From Phoronis australis (taxonomy: Eukaryota > Animalia > Phoronida): 64,000 bases of DNA. Where the stretch lies: positions 315,072 to 379,071 of the forward strand of contig NMRA01000224.1 in NCBI GenBank assembly GCA_002633005.1. The letters run 5' to 3'. Under the pieces are notes generated by a model. It did not search any database. It was not told the DNA's origin and was given only the letters and a program-made list of their open reading frames with translations. Positions 13,901 through 28,900 of the stretch are shown here, in pieces (the first letter of the stretch is position 1; the number at the start of each line of letters is the position of its first letter). The translations under genes were made by a program, and so were the position numbers.

Positions 13901-16900
13901 CTTGCCTGGCTACCAAATTGAACGTACACACGAAACAGCTCAGACTTGCTCAACGCCTGATTTTGTTAACGGTGCGTTCACATTATGACTTTCACCCGGA
14001 CTAAGTTCAGGGCTTGTTGGAATGACCAATGACAAAAACCCCCCGATAACCAGCCTTGAAATGGTGAACCTTTCCCCGACAAAAATCGGGACTAAAAAAA
14101 AAAAAAAAACGTTACCACCATCAGTAGCATGCGTCTGCGTCCTTTTAGCTCGCCTGTCCACTCCCAACCCACACATTTTTGGCTGCAGAGCGGTAGTATT
14201 TGTCGCCGCGCTTAACAATAACACGAGACGCCATTGAAAATCCCACCACGCTGTCCCAGATGCCCCGGCAATGTTGACAATTTACGTTCCTCCGAAACAT
14301 AAAGAACAACTTCCGCTTTTCGAGGTGAACGTCGTCTGCAACGCCGCAGTAAGAAAGGAATTTGCCGCGGAAATTTTATATCAAATCCGATTTTTTTACG
14401 CGGAAATATAAAAAAAGCGGAAAGCACATTTGAAAAAAGCGGAAATCCGCGTTTCCGCGGAAAATTCCAAGCCCTGTAAGTTGAACTGGTATAGGTTGGA
14501 TTACTTTCTCACACAAACAGAGCAAACTGGAAATAACCTTCAACTGCAGAGCCAAGGTCTTAAAATAAAACCATATCCGTTTGGATCAAGGCTCAGGACA
14601 TTTCAATAGCGAAAGCCAGTAAGTTGACGGATACCAGACCCTGTTTAGGCATAAGTAACATTATACCTCATTTTAACATTTGAAACAAAGTGATGACCAG
14701 CTACACTCACTAACTCTCAAAAGTTTGGAGCAACTCCTGAGCCTGCTTAATGAGCAAGCGAGACCAACACTTGCCACGAGTTGAGTGGATGTCTATAGGA
14801 AAGACCAACCCAACTTTGACACAGAGAGGGAATGATTTAGGCTGAGTAATGACTTTGTCTCCCAGGGACTGTGCACAGGCTGGTGGCACCAACGGTGTTG
14901 GGCAAAATCACTACAAGGTTAGTGTTCTTTCCTAATTGCTGTATCCAAGTTTTGTGGATAAGGCAGCTGAAATTCAAATGAAAATGAATTTTTTGTATGT
15001 TACACATCAAATCGAATCACAATATTTGATGCAGATACTGAAAATCACCTAAGCCACGGTACCTGCATTCTCCAACAATGATCACGGTCAAAATTTTCCG
15101 GGGATGATTCAAGATCAATTTTTTCTACGACTGATTGTTAGAGGCAGGATGCAATTAAACCTGGTTTTAGGGATTTCTTGTACCTGGCTCAGAGAACACA
15201 ATTTGTTTCAATGTACAACCAGTGCAAAAAAATTCAGTTTGCATTGAATTAAAGTCGTCTTGTTTGACAAATTTGGGTCCAGGAACTTGAAAAGGAAGTC
15301 CCAGGTGTTCAGACCAGATAGACTACTGTTGTACCACTCTTACAGTGTATAACAGTCAGTGTTAGTGTAGATCAACTCACCGCCTGGCTGGTCAACATGC
15401 ATGAAGACGACCTCTTCAGACATGTCCATAATGGAGTAAAACTGTAACGAGAAAACTTTAATTAGATTTTTTCAGGAAAATCACAACAGTCCTATTTTTG
15501 AATGTCAGCATGCAACAGTGGGATATTTTGAAAACGATTCTTAAGAGAAGTTTGGAGAACAGTGAATAAGGAACAGTACCTGAAAGTTTCACACGAATAC
15601 AATCTGCCATTTCTGAGATAAATATTCTAAAGTCAGCCGAATTTGAACTTTTTTCTAAGGTCCTAATGGGATTTTCTGTAGATAAGCCCACCCAATGAAA
15701 TGCCCATGGGTGTTTATTCCGAAAATTAAGGTGTTACAACGTCTGGTGTCTGTACTATCCAGATAGAGGAGCGTTTATTTGGAAATTGTCCTCTTCGAAC
15801 CCCTCTCAGCATCAACAAATAGCCACAACTTCAGTTTTGTAGAGCATTTATCATTTATTAAAATGAACCAAGTATTGGCGAAGTATGCATTTATTAAAAT
15901 TAAAATTAAAAAACAAAGTTTTATGCAAAAAATCACTCATATTTTCATATCGACTGGGCTTATCTACGGAAAACCCCGGTACATAACCTTTAGCATGCTA
16001 TTACCGAGCATGTTGACTTGTCTAGAAATGTCAGATTTCAACACTAACATACATCCATCTTATTGAAACACATATTACACTTAGATTCACAGGTAGCAAA
16101 ATTCCAAGAATTTTTAAGCTAAACGTCTACATTTAACAACACCCACAATGAGGAATTGACCTATCGCCAGGATTTTGAGTGACGGCTTAACTGACCAATC
16201 AGAACACAGCATTCTTGACACACCTTCATTTCCAAGCCACCATTTTAGCTGCCAAACAACACGTTGTCAGGTAAAGCTTATTGTTTGTTAGTCGACTTTT
16301 CACAAGGTGGTGGAGCTTGTGATAGGCCAATTGGCAAAAGTTAGGAGCATACAAGTGACTCGTACCCTATCTGATGTGAGTGTAGGCAACTGAACAGCAT
16401 TCCAAGTACGTCCTGAGTCTGTCGACACCTTCATGAAACGGTTGAACTGATCCTGTAATGGCAAGATTGGAATGAATCAACACGAGCACGGTCGACCATT
16501 GTTATGGTAATCCAAAGTGGGGCATATTGAGCAAGGATGCCAAACCCCATTTTGTACTTGTTAATAGGCATTACAAAGGACTCTCCCATCCAATTCTTTG
16601 AAAAAATAATGCTCTGTAACCCTCGACAATACTACAAGATTTTGGAGGGAAATTGAAAACTAATTCACTGTCTACTAAACGGGCAAGCGTGACCTACGCA
16701 TTTGGTGAATTACTCCGCAACTGTGTCGAAAGTCTATACACCAAGAACCATAATAGCCAATCCATGTCATAGCGAGTATGAATTTTTAGCTCATTCCTGC
16801 CTTTATTTTTCGAGATTGACACCAATGATGCATTAGCAGGTGATGGAACGAGGACTGGTGGAAATGATCAAAACAGGATTTAGCATGATCCTTAAAATGG

Positions 16901-19900
16901 ATTGGCGACCAAAGTGTAGAGTGACTCTGAATGGAGAATATTCATGAAGAACTGGTGACTTATAGAATGGGACACATCAGGAAGATTTTTGAAGAACTGG
17001 TGACTTATAGAATAGGTCACAGCCGGAACATTCTTGAAAACTGGTGACTTATAGAATGCTTCGCACAAGGCATAGAATGAAACCGCTAGCTATGGCAAAC
17101 AATTAATGGAGTACACAATAGCAAACGACAGGAAAGTACAGTCAAAGCCAACTGCAAACACCTACATACCTGCCCTGTGGAGGCGAACAGAAATCGACCT
17201 TTGACCTGGAAGCTGAAAACTTTATCGTGTACTCTACGCCAGGCATCGGCTCCAGTGCCAAACGAGTCCGTGCAGTCCAAGTAGAAGTCATTATGTTCTA
17301 TGACTAAAACAGAATAACATGTTACAATTCGGTACTCATACACCATGACAAAAGACTGGCCTGACATGTTCTATGACCCACTAGACACCAGCTGTTTAAA
17401 TCTAGGTCGCATCCCAGTACATAACCTGACCCTCGTTGTTGCATAACTGATGTGCTTTCAAGCATTCTTTTTTCCTTTCCACTCCACTGACCAAGGGCAC
17501 TGACTGGAACGGGTGACCTATCTTATAGATATTCACAGCAAACCGTTGCATTGTATTTTACTTTAAAAGCATGACAACGAATTTCAGTTGAAGGCCAGTG
17601 TTCACTATGAAGTTGTTTTACAGGCAACTAAGCTTGAAGTTGTTTTACAGGCAACTAAACTCTCTGCTGAAGAAGGCACTAACAATTAATGTATTGCATT
17701 GCATTTTTCTATACTAAATGTTTGTAAACACGGTTCTCTAATAAAGCAGTTTTCTCATAATTTTAAAGCAGTGTTCTCACTACACAGGATACATACATGT
17801 TACAGCAGTGTTATCACTACAGAAGATACACACATTTTAAAGCTGTGTTCTCACTACACAGGATAAACACATTTTAAAGCAGTGTTCTCACTACAGAGGA
17901 AACATACAATTTAAAGAGGCTTTAAACCCGTAATCCACCATAAAAACAACTTTTAAGTTAGACCACTTACTTTTACGAGATGGTCTCAAATTGTTCCTTA
18001 AAGTGGAACGTGCACATTAATTCCTTATCTCTGTGATTGGTTGGCCAAATTCGTTAAAAACACACCATATAGCAACGATGTGAATATGAAGTACTGGTAA
18101 AGTTGCCAAATGTTTTTAAGGATAGATGCGCTGCAAATCACTCAACTGTGTCCAGTAAGTATCGTGACATGGTGTTGGGGAATAACACTGCATGATGCGA
18201 TATATGTGAGCCCGCAAGGTATGTCATTAGTTCAAAGGTCACCTATTTGCAGATTTTTTTGTTTTCTTTTCACCTTTACAAGTTGTCAATGAGTACAACA
18301 GCACTTTGTTTAGCGTAGATGGTGTTCAAACAGCATTGTCATTCAAAGATTCTTTTACATTTTAGGATCACGCAAAAACATCTTTAATGGTCAAATTAGA
18401 GGTGACTTCTGGGGCCCGTTCCAACAAAACTGACTTAGCTAAGACAATTCCTAAATTTTACTAACTTTTAAAATAAAAGTTCAATTTGTCTCAAAATCAT
18501 TTCAAGAAAGAGATGTTAAGCTTGATTTAAGTGTTTGACGTACGTTTTGGCTTAATTTTGATGAATTTACCAGATATGGAAGTTTCAAAGTTTGGAAGTT
18601 AAGACAAATCTTAGACTTAAGTCAATAATGAACTTAAGTCAGTTTCTTGGAACGGGCCCCTGGACTTTAAAGATTTGACAGGATCACAAGATGGCATGAC
18701 AAGTGGCGGACAGTAATATAATGCAATCAGCATGATCTCATTCACGTAGGCAACATCTCTATGGCGGTACGTGACCTAAATTAAAAATATGTTCTGTTTG
18801 AAGGAGCGCGGGTTTGTAGCAGTTCCAAATATAATGCTAAACATGTAAATAAAACTAAACCAAAAGGAATTCAAATAACATTGACTAGTTTATCTTTAAT
18901 GGTCTCAAAACTGTTGGTGTAATACGGAATGCAATTAATGCCTATTTTCATTGACTACATGTAAATTTGGTTCCTACAATGCAAACTACTACGACCACAA
19001 TGACATCACCAATTATAAAATTTAATAAATGGCTATATTTCATTTCCTTACTTTCAAAGCATTTGACATCACTGTGAAAAAGTTAAATAAGATAAATCAA
19101 ACAGCTAAAAACAGCACCACACTGTGTTTAATATACCAGTAATTCTTCACTTATTTAGTGAACAATATGGCTGACAAATGAAATTCTATTTTGTCGAATT
19201 TCTCAAAAATATAGATTTACAAAACTTCAGTTTATCATTATAAAGCATGGTTTGTACTATCCAGATGTCACAAAACAACTTTTGGTAAATTGTCATTATT
19301 TACAGTGATGAAAGTAATATTCCTTTGAAAAATGAAACAAATGACTTTGGAAATCATTTCTGTGTGAAAAAATCCTGAATTACAATACAACCATCAACTT
19401 TCAGTTATTTATTTTGCGCTCTTGCAGTGACACAATATCACACGAGTATGCCACATCATGTATCATTTGAAGTCCTTGTTTGTTTGACATGATATCAAGA
19501 CCATCTCCAGTATCACCATGGCTACCTGGATAGCTCAATACGTAGAAGCCCATTGAAGAAAGGCTTTGAGATACTTACGATCCTGAAGACTGGCACCTTT
19601 CACCAGCTTAGGCGAAGTCTGGACATAGATTGTACCCTGCTTGTTTTCACTGGGATTCTCCATGTCATCGTGCCTGTAACAAGGACAGTGAACTATCATT
19701 AATTTAGGGCACAACATGGCGGACAAGTGAAATTTACGTTTTATGTTTTTTTCATAAAAGGACAGTGGCACCAAATAAAAGGCTAGCCAATTTTAAATTA
19801 AATACTATAAAACTACTGTGTGAAAATGTTTTTTGAAACTCTGGGAAGTCACCGCAACGTTAGAAGCCTTTGAAAATAAAAAAAAGACAATTTGGCAATT

Positions 19901-22900
19901 GTTTCATCTGAAATTTGTAAGATTTTATTATGCAAAGGTAACTAAACACCTCAAGAGTGGCTAATTACTAACTAACATATAAGTGAACTTATAAGAAACT
20001 TAAAGTAGAACTTGCATACTAATTCCTCATTTTTGTGACTGCCTGGCCAACTTAGTTACAAACACAACATATAGCGACGATGTGAATAAGAAGTAGGTTG
20101 AAAATTGCCGAAAATATTTAAAAACGAGTTTCGTGGTGGAAATGATCCGCCGCAAATCACTGAACCGTGTCCAGTAAGTATCGTGACGTGGTGCTGGGGA
20201 ATAACAATGCATCATGCGGGCTATGTGAGGTCGGATATTTGTAGAATAGTTTTCACATTTACCAGATGCCAATGAACACAACTGCACTTTGTTTAGTGTA
20301 GATTATGTTAAAGGAGCACGGTTGTACTACTTTTGTTAAGAGCATGCTAATACATCCTATTCTTTAGCTACATTGGTTCAACTTATAAATAAATGACATT
20401 TCACTACATACAGCTTCTACTTTGCACATAGTATGACAGTGAAGTAGCCAAATTTTGCCCTAAAAAGTCCCAACAAAAACGAAAACAAAGACACATTTCT
20501 TTCAATGTCAACACGATTCATGGTGTATATTAGGGTGATCGAAACTGTAACCCGGAAAAGAAACAGTCCACAAATAAACTCTGCTTGGAAGGAAAACTGG
20601 GAACATTACTGCTGGGAAATGAAAGTACACCATGCAGATTAAATTTAAATTGAAATCTATCAGCGTTTCATTTAATAGGGCAACAGCAAAATCTGTGTTT
20701 TTTCCTCTGAGATTACAGTTTTGTTCTTCAGGAAATATGGGCGAGAAATGTGAGCAGTCACAGTTAAATGCACAAAACTGTTTTCACGATAAATGGATTT
20801 TGTCAGCAAATCTTTGCTCTGGGCAACTTGACAGATTTTTGAACAGGTTGATCCTATGAATCGACATTCCAGCATCTTAGATTTCGTACTACATGTCACT
20901 GACAATCTACCTTGGCTGGTTCGTGTCCTTGATTCAGCATGGTTCAATATCAGAAATATTAACATTAAATGCTCTTGACTGGCAAAATGGGAATTGACAT
21001 GGAATGTCAACTTCAGTTAAAACTACTGTTGAGCTCAGGATAACTAAACACTCCGAGTACTTTGTAAGCAAAAAACATAATCCTATATTCAATGTTTGCA
21101 AGAGATACAGCATCTTTCAGGGAGATGATAATTTTCGTTCAAATTTGTGAAAAAATGTTCTTACAGTTGAGGACTACTTAAGACAAATCAATACATCTCA
21201 AGAACTCTAGCAAGCCTTAGCCTGAGACATGTACTGACAAACACACAGACACAGCTAATGAACAAGGCTACAGATAATGAGCCAACTTACCAGGCAAACT
21301 TGTACACATGCTCGTGAATGAGGGTCCAGGTGCGACCCCCATCTTGCGACAGGTATAACGTCTAGAAAAAATAAAGCCTTGATCATGGCGTTTCTTAAAC
21401 ATAGCCAGGTGATATTCACTGCCTTCAGCAATGACTCAAGAGTAAGAATACAGACCAATGCATACTGACAACATGATTGTTATGTTCTTACACAATCAAT
21501 AAATCAGACAATGAGGAGATTTGTGGCTCAGTGGTTTGAGCTCCGGACTCCCGTTGGTGAGACACGGGTTCGAATCTTGGCTTTACAGGCAGACAATTGA
21601 ACATTACGTAAAAATGTCTCCTACTCTTCTGAGCTCGGTCTTACTAGAGAACACATGCAAGGGGATGAATAAGAGCCTTGATATGATGCGAAAGCGATTT
21701 CTGGGGATGTGCTCGTATTTTTTAATACTTAAGACTGCTTTCAACGACTACGCCCAGCTCAAAATTTCCACCCGTCTTGAGTTTTCCACTTCCATGATGT
21801 TTCCAGGAGAGAATATTCCTTTTCTAAGAGTTAAAGGAGAATGCCACCCAAAAACAACCTAGTTTGTATCGATTGAGATTGAGTAGTTCCACTCGATAAC
21901 AACAAGGACAGTTCTTTTACCAGACACTTGACGGCAGACGGAGGTGTTGAAATTAACCAATGACGTCAGAGGTTCAAATGCAGTCTGTTCAGCAGTTCAC
22001 AACACAGTTACTTGTGTCAGCTTATCACTTGAATTCATCGTTTTACACCAATAAATCATCAAAATTTGATGTAAAACCCTTACAAATGCATCGAGTTATT
22101 GAACAAAAATAAAGTGTTATTTTATTTCGCTGTTACGGATTTTTAAGTATTTGAACGCGCCGTAGTCTATAAAGTTCGGTAGGCCAATTTACCAAGGTCA
22201 CTAGCAGGATTTTGGGGTCTGTTTGGTGATAAATTCCAATTATTCATCCGTGAAATACAGACAGGAGAACATAGCTGTATGTTGTAATTTTAGACATGCG
22301 ATTTTTTCAGTTCTAAACACACAAAACGCTTGCTATCCTGGCCAGTGGCTTGGAACCCGATCATGCCCATCGCGGCCGGACTGAAGACATAAACCAGCCA
22401 AAGTTGGAAACTAAACTTCCAGTCACGAAAAGACTATACTAGTGAGCCAAAGAAAAAATGTGCATGTGATTATTTTGGTGAATTAGCCGCGAAACTGCAA
22501 ATCTACTTACTAGGTCGTCGGGAGCTGCGAAGTCAGGTTACCCTTCCACAGAACCGTCAGGGCAAAAGTTGTAGAGTAACAATGAGTCGAATAATGTATA
22601 TGAATATCTAAATAAAAATTCCCGACCTTAGGATATAAAATCGAGTTATTGCTTCACAACAGCTTTCTGTCAGCAAACACTGAATTAGCATGCGCTCTCA
22701 CACAGCCTCGGTGCCCGGTCAATTAGTTTATTGCATCTAAAGCTGGTAACGCATTGCCGGCTTCTCAAAACATTTGCACTCACAAACACTCCAAGGCATT
22801 ACAATTTGTATCTAATGAGAAGACTTTGTTTCAGTTTTATGTAAGCATTGGTTAGCGTGAGAATAAGTCATTTTGAAAAAGAACGCACGATACTAAATGT

Positions 22901-25900
22901 CAATGTGGCAACTTGCAATCCCGACTTAGACGAGTGCTCATCCGACGAAGACTTCACAGGTCTATCGTTAGGTTTCACAGGCTATCAGTTCAAACTGGAA
23001 TACACTGATCAAGAAATAACAGAGGTTCTGTGAACGTGCACAGACAACAGAACATATTAATATTACCGAAAACTGTTTGAATGAGTTGCCATGGTGTCAG
23101 TGAGCTAACGGCACGGTAATGGAAACGACTGACGCTTGCGTTTGCTGCCACGAAATTCCGCAAGTGAAACGCCTTCTTGGAGAAGCGCAGAATGCTTCTT
23201 ACGGACCATACTTATTTTGCAACGTTTTTTAGGACTGAGAAAAAGAACTGGCAAAAACATCCTACACTCAGAGGACCAAACAGAAGCCTCACGAATGAGT
23301 CAGTCATCAAACAGGTTATATAAAACGTTATGTTCTCACGCCTTGGATTATTTGTAATTGTTTAGGTTTTCATAGCCAAGCACAATTCTTCATAATCAAA
23401 AACAGATCAACAACCGACCCGACGAAATGCAGGCCACTGACAGACACGGAGAAGTTTCACGGCCTCATACTTGATATTAATGGCGTACTTTTCATTCTTC
23501 ATTACCGCGAGCCACTTCCGAAGCATTATGGGCTCTCTCAAAAAAATGATACTCGCTTTTCTCGCAGCTTCGTAGTTCGCACAAGCGAGAACGATACACC
23601 ACACCATAGCGGCACTCACTCTGCAGAAGAACCACTGATATCACTACGTTGTTTCTCACCTTCCTCACAGGTTAACACGACACCTCTCCGCGAGGTAAGA
23701 TCTACCGTATACGAGATGTGGATACAGACCGATTAAGGCAGTAAAAGACTGATTAAATCGGGTGGCATCCTCCTTTAAGTCTCCCATAAATAAGCAAGCA
23801 GTCATAAAATTGATGTCCTGGTAGTAATACCACACTGACTCAGTAAGTGTTGCCATGATAGCAATATCAGACTGACTAAGAAAGTGTTGCCATGGTAGTA
23901 ATATCAGATTGACTCAGTAAGTGCTGCAATGGTAGCAATAGCGTACTGACTTGGTAAGTGTAGCCATGGCAGAAATACCAGACTTATTCAGTAAGTAGTC
24001 CCATCCTAAAGAGTGCATTTAGTACAGCCGAGACTATGATGGCAGTTACACACAATCCCTTTACATCTGTCAGAATAACTTACGAAATGTTGAAGTGAAT
24101 GGGCCAGCATGTACTTGGAATCCTTTGGATGGAAATCGATGCCATCTACCAACATGAACGGGAGGTGGTATGGACCCGTGAAGTCATCGCCGCCATTTTC
24201 GGTTATGAAGACGTCGGAGGTTGTCGTCTCTGTGTACACGACTATAATGACCTGATGTAGTACAAAGAGACAATACAATACAACGTAATTCAGTACAATA
24301 CATCAATTTAATACTATACAAGAATATGCAAAACGAGCAGCAATACCTGACAACTTTCACACTAAACACAATGGAGAGCTGTGATTGGTTGTCCCAGTTT
24401 TACACAGTATGCATCAACCAATACTCATTACTCAAGAACAGTTATTTAGCATAGCGTCAAGTGGTATTTGCGGGTGTTCAAATTTGACAGCTGATCGACT
24501 GATGGAGTTGCTTTTGGGGATTTTCGATATGATATTGGTGATTTTAGGACTTCAAATCCCAATCAAGGTCGAGATACCGTGAGTGACAGCCTCGCCACTT
24601 AATTATCATCCACTTTTATTCCCCAAGGAATGACTTTTTGAACTATTTTTGAAATTTAGATTAAAAAAAAAACACCTCAATTATTGTTACTTCAAATGGC
24701 CCAGCAATGGTCTATAAAGTGGAAACAACAGAAATGTGACACAAATCATTGAAACTGGTAGTTGAAATTTACTGGTAATATGGTAGTAACTACCAACAGG
24801 GGGCGTGCACTTTGAGAACCAGATTTATTCACAGTATAACAGGTAATGAACTGGTTCATGAAATTCAGGAGCCCCCAAGCCCGAGTGGCTGGTGTCAGTA
24901 ATCTAATACCCGAGAGTATTACCCCAGTACCACAGGGAATATTTCCATTCAGCTGCCCGTCATATGCTCAGGGGCGACACAGGAAGGATCACTCTTCTAG
25001 GAAAAACTAAAAATATTTTCCAGACTTAAACATGGAGTGAGGTCAAATTTTGAGGAACTTTTGATGGCATTAGTCTTCAAGCAAAGCAAGCTTACGAACT
25101 AACTTTACTAGCACATGACTACTTACGTGTAGAGGATTGTAGTTGTTCTTTAGTAAACCGTTGTCTTTCCTAATAAGCCTGTCGTTTACTTTGCTGTTTA
25201 TCAGTGTAAACGTCCTCCCATCATCTTTGCTGGAAACATTTCAAACAAGATTTGAAATACAATTAGGCAAACACAACAAAGACATCAAAGGGTGAAACTT
25301 GAAATTCATTACACTTAAACTGACATTATGGATTCCACCACCACGGTCCACTCCAAAATAATCAACAGAAAAAAAATTACACAAACAGAAGACATGTCTA
25401 CTGCCTTCTAAGTTGAATCAAAATAAATTTGCATCCATCACCTACGACTACGACTACTTGTACTTGTTATACCCAACACACCAGCTTTTGATAGAAGGAA
25501 ACTGCAGACCACTCAAGGGTGCAGTCACTACGGCTTATCACCTTCGCCAGTGAAAAACAGCTCCCCAACAGGGTCACCCTGAAGTCCTAGATAGGGTCAC
25601 CATGTGCTCCCTGTCAGGGTAACGCTCAGATCTCCGACAAGGTTACAAAGGTCCACGACAGGGTCACCATTAAGCTACCAGACAGGGGTACTACAAGGTC
25701 CCAAACAGGGTCACCCTGAGGTCTCTCATCAGGTGCGAGGACACACTAACCTGTGGTACAGCGATGAGGGTTGGGCGAGTACACCAAAGAACTCCTGGGT
25801 CACAGCTACTAAGATTCTCTGCAATCAAAAAACGTTTAGCTGACTGTTGAACAATACAAGGCTTGCGCACAACGTATACAGGTGCACATCCAAAGGGGAT

Positions 25901-28900
25901 CAGCAGGTCCGCATCAACCCTGTTCGGCCATTGTAGGACCACAAAGAGCCTGATATGTTTATCCACTGTGAGACCCCCTCTTCACATGAGCCTGGGTCCG
26001 CACATGATAGTATGATGTTTAATGCTTGTTACATTATTGCATTACAAGTGTTCTCCCTACATATAACCAAACATGGCGCTGCACCATGTGTGACATGGTG
26101 TTGCACCATGTTTGGAAACCTTGAACCATGTCTGAGAAATCCTGAGTCATGCTTAAAATCTTAAGCCATGTTTGACAAGCCAGAGTTACAAAACAAATGG
26201 TTGAAACAGTGTTGCATATTTGGTACTTACTTCTATTATTTCACAGTGAAAATGATAGTGACATGCTCACTGACTGAAACATTACGTAAGCGATAGCTGC
26301 TTTCATGAATTAACAGAAAAAAATTAGAATATTCACAAAAACGGGATGAGGAATTTGTCCAATGTTTGAATATTTCTGCTCAGGGAGAACCATGATTACT
26401 CACACACTATTATTTTAAAATGTTATTTTTAATTCGATGTAAAAACCAATCAATAGTACATATAAACACAGACCATACATGAGCTGGGCCTGCAGGCTAT
26501 ATTCCTATGGCTGCAGAAGGCAGCTTTCAACTTCAGAGACAATCTAACCCATGACTACAAGAACAATGGACTCAGGATTTCTGCTAAAAAATAGACAATC
26601 CATTCCCAAAACCCTGTTCATTTTCAATATGCAGTCAATATGTGTCGAGAACAGACATAATGCATGGTGCATTCTGGGTTTAACTTTAATTGCTGTTAAA
26701 ATCAAACAACAATAAAGTCCAGCTGGTCACAAGAAAGAAACAGGAAGCGCAACAATGACACACTAGAAAGAAACAGGAAGCGCAAAAATGACATCAACAA
26801 AAATGAGGTGGAATTATTGGGTAACAAACTTTTATTTCTTGAAGTGCATTTTAACACAGTTCGGTAAATAAAATATCAAATAGAATTTACACTTATTTGC
26901 CCCAATTGTGTACCACCACTGGAGTGAGATGCACAATTCTTCAAAGCCTATTCACTTTTCATCGCAATGCCACAACAAGAACTCAAAACGGGATAAAAAA
27001 TCAGCGAGTAATTAATAGCTAATGTCATCAAAGCTGCCGCTAACAGTCTTATGCTGAAAAACCAATATCAAGAAAAGATCAAGCCCACTACTTTTAATAT
27101 CAGGGTCACGTATCAGTATCAGCCTGCGAGGCCAACCCTAAATACGAAGCCACCTGCTACAGAAAATTAACATGATCTGGCACACAGGGAAGATTACGGC
27201 GATTTATCAGTCTAATAAAGATCTGTAATTAAAATACGGTGAGCCCACCAGGCTGTAATGCAATAGAGAACGCAGGTAGCTCAATGAGTGGTGTCACACA
27301 CCAAGGTAAGGTCACTAAGGTGTAACGGTATTCACTTCATGTAAAGCAATACTAACAAAAACACATTCAACCCTGACTGAAACAGAGGATCCTTACTTTT
27401 TAATTTTGAAATCATCAACCTATATGAATTCTGCGCAGTTAAGCACAAATACATATCTAATTACAAATTGGTGCAAATAACAAGTGGAAAAACTTACCCC
27501 ATTGTTCTGTCCAGCCCATACCACCGCCATATTAGTTTTGGTTTCATTAACAAACCGAGTCTGCAAAAACAGATCCTGTTATATAGAGGGTGCAATAGAC
27601 AATGCACTGACAATCTGCTACGTCCACTATCACAGATCAAATTTGATCGTCTAAATCATATGAACAACATCCCCACTTGACGTGCATACCACCAACAGTA
27701 AGAGACGAAGAAAAGATTGCAGTGTTTTGAAAAATTATTATTTTAGCCCAACATGGCAGCACTTCACTTATTATGCACAAAAATAATTGCTAAAATTGTC
27801 ATTTTTCTATTTTTCAAAGACTGATTACTTTAAAAAAAATAATTACCAACTCTACCAAATTTTGTTTTATGACACCTGCACATTAGACAACACCTGGTCC
27901 CTCGGCTAGCTGGCTAGGGGCTACAATACTACAATACTTCCCATTGTTTTCTGTACTAATTTTGGTCCGTGTATTTTAAATGGGGAGCAGGCGAAATCCG
28001 CTCACCAACTAAGAGGTTTTCACCTCATCAAAACACATTCTAAACTTAAAACTATGACTTAAAACAAGCGCTTACTTTCTTCAGTGATCCTTTCTGGTTC
28101 AATACATATCTTCGAAGAAGCACGGCTACGAGAATTACGATGCATTTGGCGCAGAATTCCAACTTCACTTTTTTGGTTACCAGTAACTTTTCAGCACGCG
28201 CGATATAACCATAAAGTATTTGAACAGTCGTCATGCGAGTTAGGCAAGGACTAGCAGGAGACTGAATGAAGTGTGTGACACAGTGTAATTTGTGAGATTT
28301 TTGTCCCTTGGATTTTTGTTCGTCAACAGGTGTGATAACTTCCTCAAACTGGCAACTGGTGAGGGAAGCTCGAGTGAAGCGCAACAAATTTTCATGGATA
28401 TGTTCAAATTACGTTGACTAAATTGACTCCAGAGTCATGGTATGTGTTAATTGCAACTCCATGTACATATGGTCGCGTATATGCACGTTTCATTCGATTT
28501 ATTTACTGTTTGTGAGATGAATAACTTTTTATGGGGGGGGGGTACTATCACCCCCTGTATGCCTGTGGCATTCAAGGCGATGTAATTGACTAGACTAAGG
28601 TATGCAAAATTCTAACAACCTGAGGGAGTGAGGCTGGCTACTCCTACAATAGTACAGTACTGTTCGGATATAGCGGTCCCTGATTTTGAGAACCAGACGA
28701 TGACTGAATAAGGGGTCTGTTATTCAGTGAATGAAACTGGTTCTCAAAATCAGGGACCGCTTTATGCGACCAGTGCCCCGTAGTGTAGTACTCACTGCTA
28801 CTAGTACTATAAGCAATTATATCGCCCTGATGGATGTCGCAGGCATACAGGGGTGATAGTACATCCCCACAAAAAGTTACGAATTTCAAAATACAGGAAA

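Larger units (their letters stand above)
21835..23774 (-). mobile_element. Kolobok-type (KolobokP-like) non-autonomous DNA transposon, copy 1
   Basis: TTAA|AGGAGAATGCCACCC ... GGGTGGCATCCTCCT|TTAA (15-bp TIR, 1 mismatch); minus-strand THAP relic and plus-strand Cys-rich KolX/P2X7-like relic. Confidence 0.85.

Noticed and set aside
21521-21582. tRNA gene
   Set aside because: A and B boxes are present but there is no acceptor or anticodon stem, and it continues into a repeated SINE body.
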